DNA of 64,000 nt, taken from positions 1-64,000 of IMG/VR virus record IMGVR_UViG_3300034101_002201. One strand, given 5' to 3'. The notes under the pieces are model-generated. The model worked only from the letters and a program-made list of their open reading frames with translations. It was not told the origin of the DNA and made no database searches. This DNA comes from a virus. The position numbers and the translations under genes are program-made. Below are positions 58,157 through 64,000 of this stretch, piece by piece (position 1 is the stretch's first letter; the number at the start of each line of letters is the position of its first letter).

Positions 58157-58908
58157 GTGATATTGAAACTATTTTTGATAAAGTTGAATTAGCTTCACCG
58201 AGTAATACCGATACATCAGTAAAAAATGTTGTGATGAACAATGCCCCATCTATGCTTAGTACAGAATGGCATGACTATGCTATGACATTATTCCATGAAA
58301 CGGAAATGGTTGATGGTCATCCTCTAGTTGCTGGATTAAGGCGTGTAGCAGAAATAGTACTGGGGCCAATTATGTTTAGTGGCCCAACTCAGGTATTTCC
58401 AGTTCAAAGAGAAGATCATCACGGTAGAGCAACAGTAGTATTTACAGTTCAATTTGATAATGGTATGAAGTATTCAGAAGTGGCAGATTCTTGGGAAGGG
58501 AATACTGATGATATGTTCTGTGCCTTTGCGGTGGCTATTGCTAGCACCAGAGCAGAAGCAAGAGCTTTACGTAAGGCACTAAAGATTAAGGGTGTTGCTG
58601 CCGAAGAATTAACTAAGAAGGATACAGCAAAGATCGTCAGAGATATTTCTAATACTAAGAATGCTAGTGAGGGTGAGTATGACGATCAGAGTAGAATGAG
58701 TGATGCACAATACAACTTTATTGATGTAAAGTGTAAGCAACTTAACATCGATGGAGAGAAGCTATTCGCATCGTTTAAGGTGGATAGCGGAAAGAAGGTT
58801 TCTAAGAAGATCGCTAGTGATATCATAGATTCACTAAACGATTACCAGCGTGATAAGAGTTCAATTCCACAAGATATAATAGGCTATCAACAGGAGTGGC
58901 GTAAATGA
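58153..58908 (+). CDS. Putative single-strand annealing protein (Rad52/Sak-like)
   Basis: ATVVFTV...AIASTRAEARALRKAL core; C-terminal SDAQ..FI...ASDIIDSL helical module. Confidence 0.6.
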   Translation: MSDIETIFDKVELASPSNTDTSVKNVVMNNAPSMLSTEWHDYAMTLFHETEMVDGHPLVAGLRRVAEIVLGPIMFSGPTQVFPVQREDHHGRATVVFTVQFDNGMKYSEVADSWEGNTDDMFCAFAVAIASTRAEARALRKALKIKGVAAEELTKKDTAKIVRDISNTKNASEGEYDDQSRMSDAQYNFIDVKCKQLNIDGEKLFASFKVDSGKKVSKKIASDIIDSLNDYQRDKSSIPQDIIGYQQEWRK

Positions 58909-59240
58909 AGATTACATATACTACAAAGAACGGGCGATTACAGGCAGAACTAGAAGGTGAATCACAGAAGGACTTATTTAATGAACTAAGTAAGTTCCAA
59001 GAAGTGTTTGAAGAAACCACATGCGGAAAGTGTGGCTCTGATGATATTCGATTCGTGGTGCGTACAGTTGATGACAATCAGTATTATGAACTACGATGCA
59101 TGAAGTGCGGTGCTAGGCTAGCATTTGGTGTTAATAAGAAGGGTGGCGGGTTATTTCCCAAGCGTAAGGATGCAGAAGGAAATTGGCTACCAGACAGTGG
59201 ATGGGTTAAGTGGAATCCAAAGACGGAGAAGGCAGAATGA
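58905..59240 (+). CDS. Zinc-ribbon protein
   Basis: CGKCG and CMKCG; AGGAG SD. Confidence 0.75.
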   Translation: MKITYTTKNGRLQAELEGESQKDLFNELSKFQEVFEETTCGKCGSDDIRFVVRTVDDNQYYELRCMKCGARLAFGVNKKGGGLFPKRKDAEGNWLPDSGWVKWNPKTEKAE

Positions 59241-59518
59241 GATGTTTAGCAATACTATTTATGCTGATAGGGATATCAAATGAGGGATTTGCTAATTATC
59301 CAGTTTACATTGTACCACAATCGGTTCCTATTGTTCAGCAACCGGTGGTTGTCCAAACTATGGTGTACCAAGCACCGCAGTTAATCGTTACGGTTCCTGT
59401 GCCAGTAGTAGTGTATCCTCAACCAATTATTGATCAAAGAATTTATTGGGGGTATCCTTACTATACAACAACACCTATGCCGGTCGAAAGACACAGACAT
59501 AGGTGCTGGAATTACTGA
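59237..59518 (+). CDS. Secreted Pro/Val/Tyr-rich small protein
   Basis: Signal peptide then PVYIVP..PVVV..VPVPVVVYP. Confidence 0.65.
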   Translation: MRCLAILFMLIGISNEGFANYPVYIVPQSVPIVQQPVVVQTMVYQAPQLIVTVPVPVVVYPQPIIDQRIYWGYPYYTTTPMPVERHRHRCWNY

Positions 59519-59524
59519 TGATTT

Positions 59525-59550
59525 GGGGGGCGGGAAACCGCCCCTTTTTT
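59525..59550 (+). terminator. Intrinsic terminator between convergent genes
   Basis: GGGGCGG-GAAA-CCGCCCC plus T6. Confidence 0.9.
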
Positions 59551-60266
59551 CATAGATACTCTAATGTAAAATATAGTCCATAGTTTTGTTTGGCACCGGG
59601 AGTATCTGGTTCCGAACTAATAGCTAAATACCAATCATGTCTTAACGCCTCATGGGTATCCCCTTGATTAAATTCCCATTTTAGAATAGACTGATTGCCT
59701 TCACCGGATAATGTATTCTTTCCGCTAACTCCGGGTGATGGAGTAAGTGAAAAATCTGACATAATTTGACCGCCAGTAAATAATCTCCATGAATACTCTG
59801 AATTTGCCCTATGACTTAAACTTCCCGCTGATTGATTTGTAGCCGGATGCCTTGCTTCATAGATCCACGTTGAAACTCCAGAAGCTTGTTTTGATATATC
59901 GTTTCTATCAAACACCCTAAGCTTACAATTCTTAACCGATACTGCCTGTGTGTGTGTAAATCTAATGTTTAGTGGGCATTGATTGTTTGGCAAGTTATTC
60001 AAAGAAAGAGTATTTCCATCCTTGGCTTTTACTTGACCATTTTGAGTAGAATTTCCACTAGTCAACATGGCTGTATTTTGTAATTGCGTACCAACAACAG
60101 TTCCGCTAGAGTTAGTAATCCATGTGGTAGACTGCTGAGATTGTACTGGTACAGAAACTCCGAAACCAGCACCAAAAAACCCTAATCCACTTCCTAATAA
60201 GTGAGGTATTTCTTCCGGTACTCCGTCTACACCAATTACATTCCCATAAAATTTGATTTCAGCCAT
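59550..60266 (-). CDS. Putative virion structural protein
   Basis: AGGGGAG SD, upstream GTGTATA; beta-rich, ends FTLEYL. Confidence 0.7.
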   Translation of the reverse strand: MAEIKFYGNVIGVDGVPEEIPHLLGSGLGFFGAGFGVSVPVQSQQSTTWITNSSGTVVGTQLQNTAMLTSGNSTQNGQVKAKDGNTLSLNNLPNNQCPLNIRFTHTQAVSVKNCKLRVFDRNDISKQASGVSTWIYEARHPATNQSAGSLSHRANSEYSWRLFTGGQIMSDFSLTPSPGVSGKNTLSGEGNQSILKWEFNQGDTHEALRHDWYLAISSEPDTPGAKQNYGLYFTLEYL

Positions 60267-60301
60267 AAAATTCTCCCCTTTTTAGTAGGTTTACAGTATA
60301 T

Positions 60302-60308
60302 TATACAC
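60302..60308 (-). promoter_or_regulatory. GTGTATA putative late promoter (class C)
   Basis: GGTGTATAATAT on - strand, ~35 nt before 60266 start. Confidence 0.55.
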
Positions 60309-60313
60309 CTTTT

Positions 60314-63300
60314 TTAGTTAGCACTAATTTCTAGATTTAAATATTGGACATATGGATCGAATGGTAAATATGTTCCCCCATTACCGTTTTCTGTTGAGCA
60401 AAGTATGTCATTTACGAAGAATAGAAAAATATCATATTTTCCACCGCCAATATCCGTATTTGCTGATATATTATTAGATAACGCTACAGAGGTGGTTTTA
60501 CTAGTTCTTACATAGCCATCCCCGTCGCCGTTACCATTATTGTCTTTTACTGATAAAAGCTGCTGTTTGTATAAAACTGGTTCTTCATCTTTCTTGACTT
60601 TTTCTCTAATTTTTAATGACTTTAAATATATCTCAGCTGCTATTACTCCGTCTGTTCTGCTAATAGATCCTTTTAATCCTTTTGGAAAGTTTGAAAATGG
60701 ATTTGATGGAAATTCTCCAGCTTCTTTTAGTTTTAATTTAGTAATTTCGCCATTTGAGCCAATAGTTTCCACTTCATATATAACCTGACCAGCGAAAGTA
60801 ACTGTATCGCCTACAGCATATCCGCCACCGGCTTTTTCTATATTTATATCCGCCCCTTCATATCCACCAAGATATCTTTGTATATATGTGAATCCGCCTC
60901 CGGTCAATAGCATATTTCTTCTAATTGGATTTTTTACATATTCTACTTTGGTTGTAGGAGTTACAACTATACCCACCGATAGACTTGGTTGTGAAAAATC
61001 TAATTTGCTACTGTTTGAATTAAAATGCAATGGCGTGAAGTATCTTCCATCATATATAGTATTTGGACAATGATCATATACTTTCGCCCATAATCCAACA
61101 GTACCAAATGAATCATATCTATTATCATCTCCGCTACTTCCCCACTGTACATTTTCTAATGTTTTACTCGTACCGCCAGTATCAGTACTCCAACTCATTC
61201 CGCCTATAATAGTTATATCAGGACCATTATTACCACCCCCGCTAACTACTCCGTATCCATTATAACCATAGTGGTTATTTGTTATTAATGATAATTGACC
61301 ACCATTTGGCAAACTAATAGTTTGTTTTGCTGCTAATATTCCAACGACATTAGATCGTTCGTCTGTAAAATCGGGATCAATCCATTTTGGAAAAATACCC
61401 GGCCCATCATCTGGCTTATCTTTTCTTGCTGGTTCAACAATAGATCCAGTTTTATAATCAATTAGATATCTGTTAAAACCAATTCTAGAAGTGATATTAA
61501 CTCCATTTTCACTGTATAGAGTTTTTTGCTCTTGAACATTAATTCTTTTCCATAAATTACCTAAAAATAAATGTCGCTCATTGTTGCCAAATGGATAATA
61601 TAAAGTATTTGCCAAATCAGCAAAATTGCCATTTACACTTTCAGTTTCACCCCTATCGTTTACTTTAGTTCCAAGAGATTGAAAAGAACATAATGCTAAA
61701 TTGAGTGATAATGCAGTAAATTGAATTTTATTTGGGTTTACTGGTGTCAAATTGAACAAATCTTTACCACTAGAATCTTGTATCCATTCCCCCTTTTGAC
61801 CCGGTGAAGATTTTAAATAATCAATCATTGCGCCAGCATAGTTAATATCTTTAGAATAATCTATTTGCCACAACTTTGGCATATAAAGTGAAGGATTACC
61901 AGATGCATTCAATGCTATTTGTGCTGGCAAATGGAATAAATTAGAATCAAATACTTGAAATAGCGATACTCCTTCAGCGAGAGGGTCTGAAGCCTGACCT
62001 TCAGCAGTAAAATCTAATTTATCTCCACCAGTATATATAAAACTATTTGGTATTTTACCAGCAGATGTGTATGTATCAACATAGTTTTTTAATCTACCAA
62101 CACTGCTAGATGTATAACCATCCGAATAGTATATTCCCCAACTATTTCTACTATTAACAGAAAAATGATCATTAAATTCTGGCTCATCATAGGGAATTTG
62201 AGAATAATTAGTTTGTGTTAAAACTGAGTACGGTTTTTGTGCATGATTTGTATTATTGCCGCCAATAGACGTAGGAATAACATCAGCATCATAAACCGGT
62301 AAATATCCAGTACTGGGTAAAAAAGAAATATTCTTTTGAAAATTAGACACTTTATTAAAATCTGTGTCTACAACAACTGCGCCATTGTCATCTATTTTTG
62401 CACTCTCTGGATCTATATTTAACATGTTTAATGCGGCTATTTTATTTAAATCATTAGCTCCAGAAGCCGCGCTAGTCAAAGCGATTTGAGTTGCAAAATA
62501 TGGATTGACTGTTCCAGATAATGCTCTATAAAATTTATGTCTAACGCTTTCAGCATAATTTACAAGAGGCAAAGTAATTGGTCCAAAATCAACTTGTGTT
62601 TGATCTGTACTATCTCTAAAAAATGAATTTGCTTGCACGATATACTTTTGTATGTCTGATAGTTTAGACTCAAATTTTTTAGTAACAGTTTTTGGTAAAC
62701 CGAACCCCATAGGAATCCAATCTGTGCCAATTAAACTGCATATTACTATTTCTCCTTTAGTATATGATCTTGGGGTTCGATTAGTTACTATTATTTTTTC
62801 TACTTTTGCTTTCTCTCCACACCCAATGATATTTGGTCCAAATAAATTTGGATTACTATCTTCAACGCTAAAAGGTATCCCACTTCCCCTCTTGCATTCT
62901 CCTAAAAATAATGCTCCTGTATAATATTGCGAAGCATCATCTATATTAGATGGCAGATCTTTCAAAGATACACCATCTATATCACTGATAAGTCTAACTA
63001 ACATTTGTTGAGTACCAGCCTCCCACTGACCCAAAGCGTCGTTCCAAGCTGTTCTAAGCTTACCGGCAACTGTATTTGCTGGATTTTTCGCACCACCTTC
63101 TGCCGGTAATGCATATTGGCCGGTTCCTAATTTTTTAGATTCTGAATAACTAAATGGCAATCCGGCAGCGGTTCTAGGAACATCTGCTATATTAAAAGAT
63201 GCACCATTATGTGCCACTCCTCGACTTGTATTTACTTTAGCACCAGCATTAAAATACAATCTTATAGATGTATTTCTGTTACAATCTAGAACAGAATAGT

Positions 63301-63781
63301 CTATATCAAATGTTATACAACCAGAGGAACTTGTCTGTATTTGGGACCACAAAAAGTTGACCGCGAATACTACTTCCGAAGATAATCCGTGTGGAAGACC
63401 TTTTTGTATTTTATCAAATCTTTCTTGAAATTCTTTTATATCGCTGGCAGCAGAACCGCTAGGAGTATACCATAAATTTGATTCACCTCCACCAGATGTG
63501 CTTTTAAGATAATAATCTTTTGCAACATTGTCATAAGCCATGATTTGCAAATCTTCACCATCGCCCAGCAATTTATCTTTTGGAACATCTCCATCAAAGT
63601 ATTCTGTTATATCTTTTGACAAGATTTTTTCACCAGTTTTACTTTTTTCTATACCGAAGTTTTCTATACTATTTCTAGTATAAGAAGCCAAACCAATATT
63701 TTGTAATACAGCATCATCAACTATGTAAGAATGGTAGTTTTGTACTGCCCCTCGTCCAGATCTAGCAAAAAAATTGCTCAT
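60314..63781 (-). CDS. Large putative tail/baseplate protein
   Basis: 1155 aa, G/S/N-rich; AGGGYAVGDTV repeat-type motif seen in phage tail proteins. Confidence 0.7.
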   Translation of the reverse strand: MSNFFARSGRGAVQNYHSYIVDDAVLQNIGLASYTRNSIENFGIEKSKTGEKILSKDITEYFDGDVPKDKLLGDGEDLQIMAYDNVAKDYYLKSTSGGGESNLWYTPSGSAASDIKEFQERFDKIQKGLPHGLSSEVVFAVNFLWSQIQTSSSGCITFDIDYSVLDCNRNTSIRLYFNAGAKVNTSRGVAHNGASFNIADVPRTAAGLPFSYSESKKLGTGQYALPAEGGAKNPANTVAGKLRTAWNDALGQWEAGTQQMLVRLISDIDGVSLKDLPSNIDDASQYYTGALFLGECKRGSGIPFSVEDSNPNLFGPNIIGCGEKAKVEKIIVTNRTPRSYTKGEIVICSLIGTDWIPMGFGLPKTVTKKFESKLSDIQKYIVQANSFFRDSTDQTQVDFGPITLPLVNYAESVRHKFYRALSGTVNPYFATQIALTSAASGANDLNKIAALNMLNIDPESAKIDDNGAVVVDTDFNKVSNFQKNISFLPSTGYLPVYDADVIPTSIGGNNTNHAQKPYSVLTQTNYSQIPYDEPEFNDHFSVNSRNSWGIYYSDGYTSSSVGRLKNYVDTYTSAGKIPNSFIYTGGDKLDFTAEGQASDPLAEGVSLFQVFDSNLFHLPAQIALNASGNPSLYMPKLWQIDYSKDINYAGAMIDYLKSSPGQKGEWIQDSSGKDLFNLTPVNPNKIQFTALSLNLALCSFQSLGTKVNDRGETESVNGNFADLANTLYYPFGNNERHLFLGNLWKRINVQEQKTLYSENGVNITSRIGFNRYLIDYKTGSIVEPARKDKPDDGPGIFPKWIDPDFTDERSNVVGILAAKQTISLPNGGQLSLITNNHYGYNGYGVVSGGGNNGPDITIIGGMSWSTDTGGTSKTLENVQWGSSGDDNRYDSFGTVGLWAKVYDHCPNTIYDGRYFTPLHFNSNSSKLDFSQPSLSVGIVVTPTTKVEYVKNPIRRNMLLTGGGFTYIQRYLGGYEGADINIEKAGGGYAVGDTVTFAGQVIYEVETIGSNGEITKLKLKEAGEFPSNPFSNFPKGLKGSISRTDGVIAAEIYLKSLKIREKVKKDEEPVLYKQQLLSVKDNNGNGDGDGYVRTSKTTSVALSNNISANTDIGGGKYDIFLFFVNDILCSTENGNGGTYLPFDPYVQYLNLEISAN

Positions 63782-63795
63782 TTTATGTCCTTTTT

Positions 63796-63999
63796 TTATG
63801 CTGGCGGTGTAAATTCATCATCATTAATCGTAAAATTTTCGTCTTCACAAAGTCTATTTATTGCTCTAAAATCAATAGTTCTATGATTATGTGCTATATT
63901 CGAATGAAATGGTTCGTTAGAAAATGGAACATATAAATCTGATAGTCTTGAAGCACCTGTATTATACATAGCTTGTTCTCTTTGAATATTGCTATCAAA
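63796..63999 (-). CDS. 3' end of an upstream minus-strand gene, truncated by window edge
   Basis: Open frame FDSNIQREQAMYN...EFTPPA* on - strand. Confidence 0.6.
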   Translation of the reverse strand, partial: FDSNIQREQAMYNTGASRLSDLYVPFSNEPFHSNIAHNHRTIDFRAINRLCEDENFTINDDEFTPPA

Positions 64000-64000
64000 T

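Noticed and set aside
60540-62924. Short plus-strand ORFs within the 1155 aa gene
   Set aside because: Antisense shadows without SD or recognisable motifs
1-64000. Stop-codon reassignment and tRNA genes
   Set aside because: Conserved genes are full length and end in TAA, TAG or TGA; no tRNA cloverleaf seen apart from the tmRNA tRNA-like domain

Overview
AT-rich, densely coded 64 kb segment of a large dsDNA phage genome (standard genetic code, almost all genes on + until ~59.5 kb, then - strand virion-type genes). It contains a run of small early genes, a tmRNA (tag GETRFALAA), rIIA/rIIB, a nucleotide-metabolism set (thyX, guaC, dCMP deaminase, nrdAB, dut, dNMP kinase), a phage sigma-like factor, a bacterial-type replisome (DnaB, DnaG, RecA-like, two SSBs, DnaE split into two genes with no intein) and a ~10 kb glycosyl/methyltransferase cluster. 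Most notable: (1) a candidate lysis module of a membrane-anchored PAS-domain protein, a holin-like protein and a papain-like protease, with no recognisable muramidase in the window; (2) three recurring promoter-like motif classes read from the DNA; (3) an unannotated structured RNA at ~166-388; (4) a CotH-kinase-like virion-type protein with a mucin-like Thr/Ser tail; (5) a membrane-anchored RuvA C-terminal-like domain heading a deaminase / N-glycosidase / glycosyltransferase operon. A Planctomycetota-like host is an inference only. All family assignments are from motif recognition by eye; no database searches were run.
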